Assembly: GCA_046594925.1 (NCBI GenBank)
Contig: JBKJQG010000357.1
Coordinates: forward strand, 3,475 to 67,474
DNA: 64,000 nt
Source: Bacteroidia bacterium
GTDB lineage: Bacteria > Bacteroidota > Bacteroidia > 2-12-FULL-35-15
Direction of reading: 5' to 3'
Positions 38,259 through 48,197 of the stretch are shown here, one piece after another (positions within the stretch are counted from its first letter, which is position 1; each line of letters opens with the position of its first letter). Below the pieces are notes generated by a model. That model did not search any database. It was not told the DNA's origin and saw only the letters and a list, made by a program, of their open reading frames with translations. A program made the translations under genes and the position numbers.

Positions 38259-39710
38259 ATGAAGGTCCGGCTGCTCATAGTATTCGTTTTGATCTCATTA
38301 AGTGGCTTTTCACAAAAAGCTTACTTGGATTCCCTTTGGAGAGTTTGGGCCGATGTAAAACAGCCTGATACTGCAAGGCTTGCTGCAATGTATGATTTTG
38401 CTTGGGATGGCTATCTCTTCACCCAGCCCGACAGCAGTTATTACTTCAGTAAAATGATGATGGAATTCGCCAGGAAAAAAGGGTTGAAGGAATTTCAGGC
38501 AAAAGCGAGAAACCTTCAGTTTAGTTATTTTTTTGGTATAGGAGATATAGCAAAAGCGGAAAAAGCCAATAACGAAGCAATGATCCTGTGGCAGGCAATT
38601 GATAATAAGCTGGGACTTGCTGCAAGCTGTACCAACTTTGGGATCCTTTATCAGGTGCAGGGCAATTACCCCAAAGCGATCGATTATTACACACTCAGCC
38701 TAAAATACAACGAAGAGATAAAAAACAATAGCGGTATCGGCACTTCGCTTCATAACATCGGACATGTGTATGAGGATCAATCCGACAATAAAAAGGCTGT
38801 TGATTACTATCTGCGGAGTCTTAAGATCCGGGAGAAAGAAGGTGAAAAAGCAAGGATAGCGGAATCCGAAGTGAACCTTGGTTCAGTTTACCTGAGCCTT
38901 CATGACTATGAGAAGGCGATGAAGAGTATTGAACGAAGTTTGAAGTTATTTATCGAAGTGGATAATAAGGGTGGAGAGGCAGCCGCGTTGGGGAATATGG
39001 GAATGCTGTACACTGATAAAAAAGAATATGATAAAGCGATCGATTATTATTCCCGAAGCTTGAAATTGCAACAGGACATAGGTGACAAGATCGCTATTGC
39101 AATTTCCGATGTAAACATCGGCAGAGTATACCTCGCGGAAGAACAATATGAAAAAGCGATCCCTCTTTTAAAAGAAGGGCTTGCCATTAGCAAGGAAGTT
39201 GGCGATGCGTCGGGATTAAAACAAGCAAGCGGAAGCCTGTCAGAGGCATTTAAAAAAACAGGAAATTACCGGGAAGCTCTTGAAATGCATGAGTTGTTCC
39301 TTACAATGTGGGACAGTATAAACAGTGAAGAATCTAAAAAAGAGCTTGTGCGGCAGGAGTTTAAATATGAATATGAAAAAAAGACAACGGCTGACAGCGT
39401 TCGGACAACCGCTGAAAAAAAAGTAGTCGCGGCACAGTTCCGGCAAGAGCAAACAGCGCGCTATGCCCTGTATGCAGGATTAGGGCTTCTGCTGGTATTC
39501 GGAACCTTCATGTACAATCGTTTTCGAAAATCGCAAAGGCAAAAGAACATTATCGAAGAGCAAAAGCTGATTGTGGAAATGAAGCAAAGGGAAGTTCTGG
39601 ACAGCATCCATTATGCAAAACGAATTCAACAATCCCTTTTGCCAAATGAGAAATACATTGATAAACAATTGAAGCGTTTATCAAACAAGGATAAAAATAG
39701 TTTGAACTAA
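38259..39710 (+). CDS. TPR-repeat membrane protein, second truncated paralog lacking the PP2C domain
   Basis: Same architecture; ends ...EVLDSIHYAKRIQQSLLPNEKY... and then stops. The start abuts the previous stop (TAAATG). Confidence 0.8.
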   Translation: MKVRLLIVFVLISLSGFSQKAYLDSLWRVWADVKQPDTARLAAMYDFAWDGYLFTQPDSSYYFSKMMMEFARKKGLKEFQAKARNLQFSYFFGIGDIAKAEKANNEAMILWQAIDNKLGLAASCTNFGILYQVQGNYPKAIDYYTLSLKYNEEIKNNSGIGTSLHNIGHVYEDQSDNKKAVDYYLRSLKIREKEGEKARIAESEVNLGSVYLSLHDYEKAMKSIERSLKLFIEVDNKGGEAAALGNMGMLYTDKKEYDKAIDYYSRSLKLQQDIGDKIAIAISDVNIGRVYLAEEQYEKAIPLLKEGLAISKEVGDASGLKQASGSLSEAFKKTGNYREALEMHELFLTMWDSINSEESKKELVRQEFKYEYEKKTTADSVRTTAEKKVVAAQFRQEQTARYALYAGLGLLLVFGTFMYNRFRKSQRQKNIIEEQKLIVEMKQREVLDSIHYAKRIQQSLLPNEKYIDKQLKRLSNKDKNSLN

Positions 39711-39732
39711 CGGTTAAGCAAGAGATATATTT

Positions 39733-42700
39733 ATGAGTGATATACGGACAGAATTAGAAAGGCGGATACTGGTGATCGATGGTGCAATGGGCACCATGAT
39801 TCAGCAATACAAATTAGAGGAAAAGGATTTTCGTACCAAGCGCTTTGCCGATTGGCACAAAGATCTGAAAGGGAACAATGATCTTTTGTCGATCACTCAA
39901 CCGCACATCATTAAGGCCATTCACAAAGAATACCTGAAAGCGGGAGCCGACATCATTGAGACGAATACCTTCAGTGCCACCACCATCGCCATGGCGGATT
40001 ACGACATGCAGGAATTTGCTTACGAGCTGAATTACGAATCAGCCAAGATTGCCAAAGAGGCAGTATTGGAATATCAAAAAGAGAGCGGAGACACAACCCC
40101 GAAATTTGTAGCAGGCGCTTTTGGCCCGACCAACAGAACACTTTCCCTGTCCCCCAATGTGAACGATCCCGGATTCCGGGCTACCACTTTTGATGAATTG
40201 GTTGTTGCTTATTCCGAACAAGCAAAAGGCTTGATCGAAGGAGGCTGCGACTTACTTTTGGTAGAAACCATTTTTGATACACTTAACGCGAAAGCTGCTT
40301 TGTTCGCCATTCAGAATGTTTGCAAGGAGGAGAACATAAAAATGCCAGTAATGGTTTCCGGAACAATTACGGATGCCAGCGGAAGAACTTTGTCGGGACA
40401 AACCACCGAAGCATTTCTGAACTCCATTTCGCACGTTGATCTTTTGAGTGTTGGTTTGAACTGCGCCTTGGGAGCAAAGGACATGCGTCCTTATTTGGAG
40501 GAACTTTCAGACAAAGCACCGTTTTACGTGAGTGCTTATCCGAATGCCGGTTTGCCCAATCAGTTTGGGGAGTACGATCAGGATGCTCATGAGATGGGAC
40601 ATCAGATAGAAGATTTTTTGCGTGCCGGATTCCTGAACATTGTCGGAGGCTGCTGCGGAACAACTCCAGCTCACATCAAACGCATTGCAGAGTTGGCAAA
40701 AGTTTCCAAGCCGAGGAAGAGACCTGTGGCGGACACGCTGATGCATTTGAGCGGACTGGAACCCTTGACCCTACGTCCTGAAAGTAATTTCATGAACGTG
40801 GGTGAACGAACAAATGTAACAGGTTCTAAAAAGTTCCTGCGATTGATCAATGAAGGAAATTACGAAGAAGCTTTGTCGATTGCCAAAGATCAAGTGGATG
40901 GAGGAGCACAAGTGATTGATGTGAACATGGATGAAGGGATGTTGGATAGTGAAGCCGCCATGACGAAGTTTTTGAATCTTATCGCTTCCGAGCCAGACAT
41001 CAGCAAAGTGCCCATCATGATAGACTCTTCGAAGTGGAGCGTGATCGAGGCGGGATTGAAATGCGTGCAAGGAAAAGCGATCGTGAATTCCATTTCTTTG
41101 AAAGAAGGGGAAGAGAAATTCATTGAGCACGCCAACAAGATAAAACAATACGGCGCGGCTGTAATCGTCATGGCTTTCGACGAGCAAGGCCAGGCGGATA
41201 CTTTGCAACGCAGGATCGACATTTGCAAACGGGCTTACGATGTGCTTGTCGAGAAAGTGAATTTCCCTCCGCAGGATATAATATTCGATCCGAATATTTT
41301 TCCGGTTGCGACCGGAATGGAAGAACACCGCTTGAATGCCCTGGATTTTTTCAATGCAACAAAATGGATCAAAGAAAATCTTCCGCACGCAAAAGTGAGC
41401 GGTGGTGTGAGTAATGTTTCATTTTCTTTCCGTGGGAACGACCACGTGAGAGAGGCGATTCATAGTTCTTTCTTGTACCACGCCGTTAAGAACGGAATGG
41501 ACATGGGAATTGTAAATCCAGCACAGCTACAGGTTTATGACGACATTGAAAAGACTTTGCTGGAGTTGGTAGAAGATGTCTTGCTGAACAGAAGGGATGA
41601 TGCAACGGAAAGATTAGTGGAACATGCAGAATCTTTAAAAGGTGTTACGCGGGAAAAAACTGAAAAGGACGAGGCTTGGAGAAAAGGAACCGTGGAAGAA
41701 AGATTGAGCTATGCTTTGGTAAAAGGATTAGTGGAATACATTGATGTCGATACAGAAGAAGCCAGATTGAAATTGGGCCGACCCTTGCATGTGATCGAAG
41801 GTCCTTTGATGGACGGGATGAATGTGGTGGGTGATTTGTTCGGAAGTGGTAAAATGTTTTTGCCGCAGGTGGTGAAGAGTGCGCGTGTGATGAAGAAGGC
41901 AGTTGCTTATTTGGAACCTTATCTTCAGGCAGAAAAAGAAGCAAACAAATTGGCGGGAATTGTTGGTAACGGAAGAACCAATGCTGGAAAGATCCTGATG
42001 GCGACTGTTAAAGGCGATGTACACGACATCGGTAAGAACATAGTCGGCGTAGTATTGGCCTGTAACAATTATGAAATCATCGATTTGGGTGTAATGGTCT
42101 CTGCAGATAAGATCCTCGAAGAAGCAAAAAAGCAGGAGGTCGACATCATCGGCCTGAGCGGCTTGATCACTCCTTCCTTGGATGAAATGGTGCACGTTGC
42201 CAAGGAAATGGAACGTTTGGGATTTAAAACCCCTTTGCTCATTGGCGGTGCTACCACTTCGAAAGTGCATACTGCCGTAAAGATAGCGCAGAATTATTCC
42301 GGTCCTGTCGTACATGTGAATGATGCAAGTAAGTCCGTTCCCGTTGCCAGCAGCCTGATCTCGGATGAATTGCGTGATGCTTTCATGGCCGATATTACAA
42401 AAGACTATGAGCGTGTTCGTGAGCAAAACAAGAATGCTCAGTCGCAGAATAAATACATTTCCATCGCTGAGGCCCGTGAAAATAAATTTCCGGTCGATTG
42501 GACAAAACGGGAAATCGTAAAACCCAGTTTCATTGGGACTAAAGTCATTACCGATTATCCGATCAATGAGATCGCTGAGTACATTGACTGGACACCGTTT
42601 TTCATTTCCTGGGAGATGAAAGGTTCTTACCCGAAGATCCTGAAAGACCCGACAAGAGGTGAGGAAGCTAGAAAACTTTTTGACGATGCGCAAGCGATGC

Positions 42701-43854
42701 TGAAGAAGATCATTGCTGAAAAATGGTTGCAGGCAAATGCTGTGATCGGAATTTATCCTGCGAAAGCAGTGGGAGATGACATTGAAGTGTATGAGGATGA
42801 AAGCTGCAAAAAATTGGAAACTACATTTCACACTTTGCGTCAACAAACTAAAAAACCAGCAGGCCAATACAATGTAGCACTGTCCGACTTTATGCTTCCC
42901 AAAGACCTCGCCCCCAGCCCCTCTCCGAAGGAGCGGGGAGGCGCTCCGAGATATCATACAACGGATTCAAAGAATTGGAGTCGAAATTTGATTCACGCAA
43001 AGAGTATGCGTAAAGAACCAACCCCTGCTGAGGAAAAATTATGGCATGAGTTACGCAATAGAAAGTTGGAGTCGAAATTCAGAAGACAACATCCAATCGG
43101 ACAATTCATTGCAGATTTTGTTTGCATAGAGCAGAAACTGATCATTGAAGTAGATGGAGAGATACACGATCATCAGAAGGAATATGATGATGGAAGAACG
43201 TATATGCTGGAAGACATAGGATACAGAGTCATTCGCTTTTCCAATGAATCGGTGTTAAAATCGTTTGACGAAGTAATTGCAAAAATCAACGAAGAACTCA
43301 CACCCCTCTCTTTCGGAGAGCGGCCGGGGGTGAGGTCCGAGTGCGACTATATTGGTGCGTTTGCACTAGCAACAGGCTTCGGTATCGACGAACATGTGGC
43401 CCGTTTCGAGAAAGACCACGATGATTATTCAGCCATCATGTTGAAAGCACTTGCCGATCGCTTGGCGGAAGCTTTTGCGGAATTGATGCATAAGAAAGTG
43501 AGAACCGAATTCTGGGGATATGCTAAAGATGAAAATCTTAAAAACGAAGAATTGATCAAAGAGGAATATGCAGGGATTCGTCCCGCTCCAGGCTATCCGG
43601 CCCAACCTGATCATACCGAAAAACCCATTATCTGGAAATTGCTGGATGTGGAGAAGAATACCGGGATGATCTTAACTGAAAGCATGGCCATGGTTCCGAC
43701 GGCTGCTGTAAGTGGCTTGTATTTTGCAAATCCGGCTTCGCATTATTTTGGAATTGGGAAAATTAAGAGGGACCAAGTAGAAGAGTATTCAAAAAGAAAA
43801 GGAATGAGTTTGGATAAAGCTGAACGCTGGTTAGGTCCTAATTTGGCGTACTAA
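39733..43854 (+). CDS. metH: B12-dependent methionine synthase carrying an in-frame ~145-aa DUF559 endonuclease-like insertion in the reactivation domain
   Basis: All four MetH modules are recognisable: Hcy-binding, pterin-binding, the B12 cap/binding DxHxxG-like region ([11 protein letters not shown]), and the AdoMet activation domain (...[15 protein letters not shown]...). The 1,373-aa length compares with about 1,227 aa for canonical MetH. Confidence 0.9.
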   Translation: MSDIRTELERRILVIDGAMGTMIQQYKLEEKDFRTKRFADWHKDLKGNNDLLSITQPHIIKAIHKEYLKAGADIIETNTFSATTIAMADYDMQEFAYELNYESAKIAKEAVLEYQKESGDTTPKFVAGAFGPTNRTLSLSPNVNDPGFRATTFDELVVAYSEQAKGLIEGGCDLLLVETIFDTLNAKAALFAIQNVCKEENIKMPVMVSGTITDASGRTLSGQTTEAFLNSISHVDLLSVGLNCALGAKDMRPYLEELSDKAPFYVSAYPNAGLPNQFGEYDQDAHEMGHQIEDFLRAGFLNIVGGCCGTTPAHIKRIAELAKVSKPRKRPVADTLMHLSGLEPLTLRPESNFMNVGERTNVTGSKKFLRLINEGNYEEALSIAKDQVDGGAQVIDVNMDEGMLDSEAAMTKFLNLIASEPDISKVPIMIDSSKWSVIEAGLKCVQGKAIVNSISLKEGEEKFIEHANKIKQYGAAVIVMAFDEQGQADTLQRRIDICKRAYDVLVEKVNFPPQDIIFDPNIFPVATGMEEHRLNALDFFNATKWIKENLPHAKVSGGVSNVSFSFRGNDHVREAIHSSFLYHAVKNGMDMGIVNPAQLQVYDDIEKTLLELVEDVLLNRRDDATERLVEHAESLKGVTREKTEKDEAWRKGTVEERLSYALVKGLVEYIDVDTEEARLKLGRPLHVIEGPLMDGMNVVGDLFGSGKMFLPQVVKSARVMKKAVAYLEPYLQAEKEANKLAGIVGNGRTNAGKILMATVKGDVHDIGKNIVGVVLACNNYEIIDLGVMVSADKILEEAKKQEVDIIGLSGLITPSLDEMVHVAKEMERLGFKTPLLIGGATTSKVHTAVKIAQNYSGPVVHVNDASKSVPVASSLISDELRDAFMADITKDYERVREQNKNAQSQNKYISIAEARENKFPVDWTKREIVKPSFIGTKVITDYPINEIAEYIDWTPFFISWEMKGSYPKILKDPTRGEEARKLFDDAQAMLKKIIAEKWLQANAVIGIYPAKAVGDDIEVYEDESCKKLETTFHTLRQQTKKPAGQYNVALSDFMLPKDLAPSPSPKERGGAPRYHTTDSKNWSRNLIHAKSMRKEPTPAEEKLWHELRNRKLESKFRRQHPIGQFIADFVCIEQKLIIEVDGEIHDHQKEYDDGRTYMLEDIGYRVIRFSNESVLKSFDEVIAKINEELTPLSFGERPGVRSECDYIGAFALATGFGIDEHVARFEKDHDDYSAIMLKALADRLAEAFAELMHKKVRTEFWGYAKDENLKNEELIKEEYAGIRPAPGYPAQPDHTEKPIIWKLLDVEKNTGMILTESMAMVPTAAVSGLYFANPASHYFGIGKIKRDQVEEYSKRKGMSLDKAERWLGPNLAY
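42907..43333 (+). mobile_element. inserted cassette within metH: REP-like direct repeat, DUF559 (Vsr-like PD-(D/E)XK) module, REP-like direct repeat
   Basis: DUF559 hallmarks: [44 protein letters not shown]......D..R...[14 protein letters not shown]. Flanks gcccctctccgaaggagcgggg...ctccgag and acccctctctttcggagagcggccggggg...gtccgag encode SPSPKERGG and PLSFGERPG. Interior GC content is lower than the flanks. The cassette interrupts the segment aligned to E. coli MetH DFVAPKLSGKADYIGAFA. Confidence 0.55.
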
Positions 43855-43875
43855 TATTTTTTATAAATTTGACGA

Positions 43876-44307
43876 ATGAAATTAGTTGCTAAATATTTTT
43901 TCTTACTACTTGCTTTCTTGTTTGTAGCGAATGATTCATTCGCACAAAAGGGAAAAGCAAAACCGAAATCATCCAAATACGATTTTCAGGGACCCTACTT
44001 TGAAGGACTCGCACGTGTGAAGACAAATCACAAATGGGGATTCATAGACACGACAGGAAATGTGGTCATCCCACCGAAATACAACGAGGTCACTAATTTT
44101 GATGGCGGAGTTGCAAAAGTAAGAGTTGGAACAAAGTGGGGTTTGGTGGATAATAAAGGAACGGTTCTGCGTAAACCGACTTTTGATTCTATTGGGGAAT
44201 TTGTTAACGGAGTGGCAAAGACACTGCTGGAGGGGGAGGAGTATTACATGAACAAAGAAGGCATGCGGGTGGATAAAAATGGGAAGCACATTGTTAATGG
44301 TGAATAG
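43876..44307 (+). CDS. secreted WG-repeat (KWG) protein
   Basis: Signal peptide and repeated motifs ...KWGFIDTTGNVVIPPKYNEV, ...KWGLVDNKGTVL and ...GMRVDKNGK. Confidence 0.65.
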   Translation: MKLVAKYFFLLLAFLFVANDSFAQKGKAKPKSSKYDFQGPYFEGLARVKTNHKWGFIDTTGNVVIPPKYNEVTNFDGGVAKVRVGTKWGLVDNKGTVLRKPTFDSIGEFVNGVAKTLLEGEEYYMNKEGMRVDKNGKHIVNGE

Positions 44308-44573
44308 GAGTAAATACCTAACTCTAACGAAGCAATAAGGCGCTACGAATTTATGTTCTGTTTTTCAAATCCTTCTTAATCCCTTTTTTATTTTGTGCTG
44401 CTGAATATGCATTTGTTTGAGGCGTTTCAGCACTTAATAATTGAAGTATCTTTTGATACTTAAATCTAAGAAGGAGGGTTAACAAGAATTTTCTTTTCCT
44501 TAACTGCAGTTGCTGAAATTCACTGTTGCTTTATACCTAACTTTTTATTAGACTTGTACTCTACTCCAAGAAG

Positions 44574-46166
44574 ATGAACTTTATTGTAAATAATTGGAAT
44601 TTGCTTTCTTTGGTCGGAATAACGGAAAACAGCAGCGTTTCCGACATGAAACGGATCAAACTCACCAACCGGTTTGGTGTGATCGCGGTCTTTTTTACTC
44701 TTCCCTATATTTTGGGTTTTTATTCATACGGTTTTGAAAGGCTTAGCCTTTTACTTTGTTTTATTTCTGTTCTTTATTTATCCACCATCTATTTCAATTA
44801 TCTGAAATTTTACAATGTTGCGAAGCTTATTTTATATTGTTCGGTGCTGGTGCATCAGTTCATCGTGGCTTCTGTGTTTGGTGAAGCGGCAGAGGTGCAT
44901 CTGATGTACATGGCGCTGATACTTTTGCCCATTGTATTGTATGATTATAAAAAGCAAGCATCATGGATTTTGTTTTACATTACCATCACTGCTATGGCTA
45001 TTGTTTTATTGTACGCGACTGATTTTTCTTTATTTGCCATACAAGTTCCTGATTCTGTGATAAGGCTGCTGAACATCGCATATAAGATCAGCACGCTTGC
45101 GGGAGTAATCGTGATTCTCTGTTCGATTACGGTCGTTTCCAATAAAACAGAAAGAACGCTTGATGCCGACAAGCTTCTACTTGAGTATCAGCTGAAAGTG
45201 CTTTTTGATAATTCATTTGATGCATTATTCCTGGTGGATGCAAAGGCAGGAAAGATCATCAAAGCAAACATGCGTGCCGTTGAATTGTTTGAGATGGAAA
45301 AAGAAAGTGATTTTAAGGGGCAACTCGGAGCGGATTTTCACATGGAGCCGCTTTCGGGCGAGGCAGCCCATAGTATCCGACTGCAGCTGATCAATGCAGG
45401 AAAGTACGAATCGGAAGTTTTGTACAAAACACGCAAAGGAAACGAGTTTTGGGGAGCATTGGCAATAAGGATGATTAACATAAATGGAAAGCCTTATCAG
45501 TCTGTTCGGGTAACCGATATCTCTGCGCAGAAAAAAGTAGAAAAACAGACTCAGGCATCTTTGAATGAAAAGGAAATTCTTCTTGCGGAAATTCATCACC
45601 GTGTAAAAAATAATCTTGCTGTCATCAGCGGTTTGTTGGGTTTGCAGGCCTCTTATTTGGAAGATGAAAAAGCAAAAAAATTGTTTGAAGAAAGTCGCGA
45701 TAGAATCCAGTCCATGGCCTTGATCCATGATAAGCTCTATCAGCATGAAACAATGGCGAAGATAAATTTTGGTTCGTACATCACCGATCTTGTGGATCAT
45801 ATCAAAAAGTCCTATCCATTTGGAACCGCGACCATTCAATTTTCTGTGGTCTGCAATGATATTTTTTTAGATATCAAAGATGCTGTTCCCTGCGGATTGA
45901 TACTGAATGAGCTGATATCAAATTCATGCAAACATGCATTTAAAGGGAAAGCAAATGGAGAGATCAAGATCGTCTGCACAAAAATGGCGGAAAGGTTTAC
46001 GATGGCTGTCACTGACAATGGGATTGGGTTTGACGCTGCAAAAGCATTGGAGAATCAACAAACACTTGGATTAACACTTGTATATGCTCTGTCGGATCAA
46101 GTGAGCGGACGTGTAAAAACAACTTCCGGGGACGGAACAGCTTTCTATGTATCGTTTGAAGTATAG
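44574..46166 (+). CDS. sensor histidine kinase (multi-TM sensor, PAS, HisKA_2 and HATPase domains)
   Basis: About 6 N-terminal TM helices, a PAS-like region, H-box EIHHRVKNNLAVISGLL (HisKA_2/HWE-type), and N/G-boxes LNELISNSCKHAF and VTDNGIGF. No adjacent response regulator. Confidence 0.8.
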   Translation: MNFIVNNWNLLSLVGITENSSVSDMKRIKLTNRFGVIAVFFTLPYILGFYSYGFERLSLLLCFISVLYLSTIYFNYLKFYNVAKLILYCSVLVHQFIVASVFGEAAEVHLMYMALILLPIVLYDYKKQASWILFYITITAMAIVLLYATDFSLFAIQVPDSVIRLLNIAYKISTLAGVIVILCSITVVSNKTERTLDADKLLLEYQLKVLFDNSFDALFLVDAKAGKIIKANMRAVELFEMEKESDFKGQLGADFHMEPLSGEAAHSIRLQLINAGKYESEVLYKTRKGNEFWGALAIRMININGKPYQSVRVTDISAQKKVEKQTQASLNEKEILLAEIHHRVKNNLAVISGLLGLQASYLEDEKAKKLFEESRDRIQSMALIHDKLYQHETMAKINFGSYITDLVDHIKKSYPFGTATIQFSVVCNDIFLDIKDAVPCGLILNELISNSCKHAFKGKANGEIKIVCTKMAERFTMAVTDNGIGFDAAKALENQQTLGLTLVYALSDQVSGRVKTTSGDGTAFYVSFEV

Positions 46167-46182
46167 AAAATAAGTGTTAGCG

Positions 46183-48108
46183 ATGGAGCCAGATTTCGAA
46201 AGATTGCAGCAATTAAGGAAGCTTCTAAAAATAGAGCGGGACGAAGATTTTGCTCACTACAAGCAGCATTTTTCACGTAACAACATCAACCATCGCAGGC
46301 AGAATGGCGTGACCTGGTATCCGATCGTCATTACCAATACCGAAATTGGTTTAGGCGAATACATTGCCATCGACATTGAAAGAACAACCAATCACAATGA
46401 ACCTCATCAGTTCTCCGGAGGCAAAGTAGCTTCGCTGTTTTCCAACAACAGCAATGAAGAAGGAACACTCAACGGAACAATCAAAGTCCTCGGGCCTAAC
46501 AAACTCCGTCTTTCTCTGAATGTGGATGACCTTCCGGAATGGTGTGATGATGGCAAGCTTGGTATCAATTTATTGTTTGATGAAACGAGTTATAAGGAAA
46601 TGGACATTGCTTTGGAAAAAGTGATTTCTGCCTCCAATAATCGTCTCGCACAGCTGAGAGACGTAATGTATCAGATCAAGCTCCCTGCTTTTGAGAAGTC
46701 CGATGAATCCTTTCACATCACCGGATTGAATCAGTCACAGAACAATGCTGTTCGAAAGATCCTTTCAGCAAAGGATATCGCAATCATTCACGGTCCTCCA
46801 GGGACCGGTAAAACCACCACTTTGGTTCAGGCGATCAGGCAAACTTTGTTTACCGAAAAACAAGTATTGGTCTGCAGTCCCAGCAATACTGCCGTCGATC
46901 TGTTGACTGAAAAATTGCACAGAGAAGGTATCACGGTTTTGCGTTTGGGAAACCCGGCAAGGATCTCAGAAGAAGTCCTGATGAATACGCTCGATGCCAA
47001 AGTGGCTGCACACGAATCCTACAAGGACCTGAAGAGTTACCGCAAGACAGCTGACGAGTATTTTCGCATGGCCGGGAAATACAGGCGCACTTTTGGAAAG
47101 GAAGAACGGGAACAGCGACAATTGCTTTATCAGGAAGCCAGAAAGATTTTGCACGAAGCAAGAGCATTGGAAGATTACATCATCAGTGAACAGTTTGAAA
47201 AATCACAAGTGATTGCTTGTACACCAGTTGTTTCATCAGGACGGATGATGCGCGACAGACAGTTCTCCACGGTATTCATTGATGAGGCGGCGCAGGCTTT
47301 AGAGCCCATGTGCTGGATTCCCATTTCCAGAAGCAACCGCGTGGTTTTTGCCGGAGATCATTTTCAGTTGCCTCCCACGGTAAAGTCGAAAACAGCAGAA
47401 GCCCAGGGGTTGAAAGAAACGTTGTTTGAGCGTTGCATGCAAATAGAGAACGTTTCGGTGATGTTGAACACACAATACCGCATGCACGAACACATCATGA
47501 ATTTTTCCAATCAGAAATTCTATGATGGAAATCTGAAAGCTGATGTTTCCGTGAAAGAGACACTTTTGGATACGCAGGACCTTCTGCTGAACACAGCACT
47601 AGATTTCATCGACACGGCAGGCTGTGGCTACAGTGAGATCGTCAACCCCGAGAGCCTAAGCATTGCCAACCCCGAAGAAGCGCAATTGCTTTTGAAACAT
47701 TTGAAAATGGTCCTGGAACAATACGCCCAATCAAAAGAAGCTACCAAAAGGATCAGCATCGGGATCATTTCTCCCTATAAGGAACAAGTTCAATATCTGA
47801 CGGCGCAGATTGCTGGCGATGAGGAGCTCGAAAAATTCAAGTCGCAGATCGCCGTTAAAACAGTAGATGGATTTCAAGGGCAGGAACGGGATATCATCTA
47901 CATCAGCATGGTAAGAAGCAACGACCAAAGGGAAATCGGATTTTTGAGCGATACCCGCAGAATGAACGTGGCGCTCACCAGAGCTAAGAAAAAACTGGTT
48001 GTGATTGGCGACAGTGCTACCATTGCTAATCATCCATTTTACAAGCATTTTTTGGATTATGCAGAGTCGGTGGGCGCATACAAATCGGCTTGGGAGTTCA
48101 TCTCCTAG
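46183..48108 (+). CDS. SF1 DNA/RNA helicase, Upf1/Dna2/IGHMBP2-like (AAA_11/AAA_12)
   Basis: Walker A HGPPGTGKTTT, motif II FIDEAAQALE, and C-terminal VDGFQGQERDIIYISMVRSN...GFL.D.RR.NVALTRAK. Confidence 0.8.
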   Translation: MEPDFERLQQLRKLLKIERDEDFAHYKQHFSRNNINHRRQNGVTWYPIVITNTEIGLGEYIAIDIERTTNHNEPHQFSGGKVASLFSNNSNEEGTLNGTIKVLGPNKLRLSLNVDDLPEWCDDGKLGINLLFDETSYKEMDIALEKVISASNNRLAQLRDVMYQIKLPAFEKSDESFHITGLNQSQNNAVRKILSAKDIAIIHGPPGTGKTTTLVQAIRQTLFTEKQVLVCSPSNTAVDLLTEKLHREGITVLRLGNPARISEEVLMNTLDAKVAAHESYKDLKSYRKTADEYFRMAGKYRRTFGKEEREQRQLLYQEARKILHEARALEDYIISEQFEKSQVIACTPVVSSGRMMRDRQFSTVFIDEAAQALEPMCWIPISRSNRVVFAGDHFQLPPTVKSKTAEAQGLKETLFERCMQIENVSVMLNTQYRMHEHIMNFSNQKFYDGNLKADVSVKETLLDTQDLLLNTALDFIDTAGCGYSEIVNPESLSIANPEEAQLLLKHLKMVLEQYAQSKEATKRISIGIISPYKEQVQYLTAQIAGDEELEKFKSQIAVKTVDGFQGQERDIIYISMVRSNDQREIGFLSDTRRMNVALTRAKKKLVVIGDSATIANHPFYKHFLDYAESVGAYKSAWEFIS

Positions 48109-48197
48109 GGCCTTTAAGCTTGTTTTAGCCCTCTTTTCTTATTTCCCCCTTTTTCCCCGAAATATCAAATTCTATTTTTAAATTTGTAGCTCATTAT

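Noticed and set aside
40771-42957. Long minus-strand ORFs (205 and 409 aa) antisense to metH
   Set aside because: They lie entirely within a gene having all four conserved MetH modules on the + strand. The antisense products are His/Cys/Phe-rich nonsense with no motifs.
45225-45839. 204-aa minus-strand ORF inside the histidine kinase gene
   Set aside because: Antisense to a region encoding conserved H-box and PAS motifs. No features of its own.
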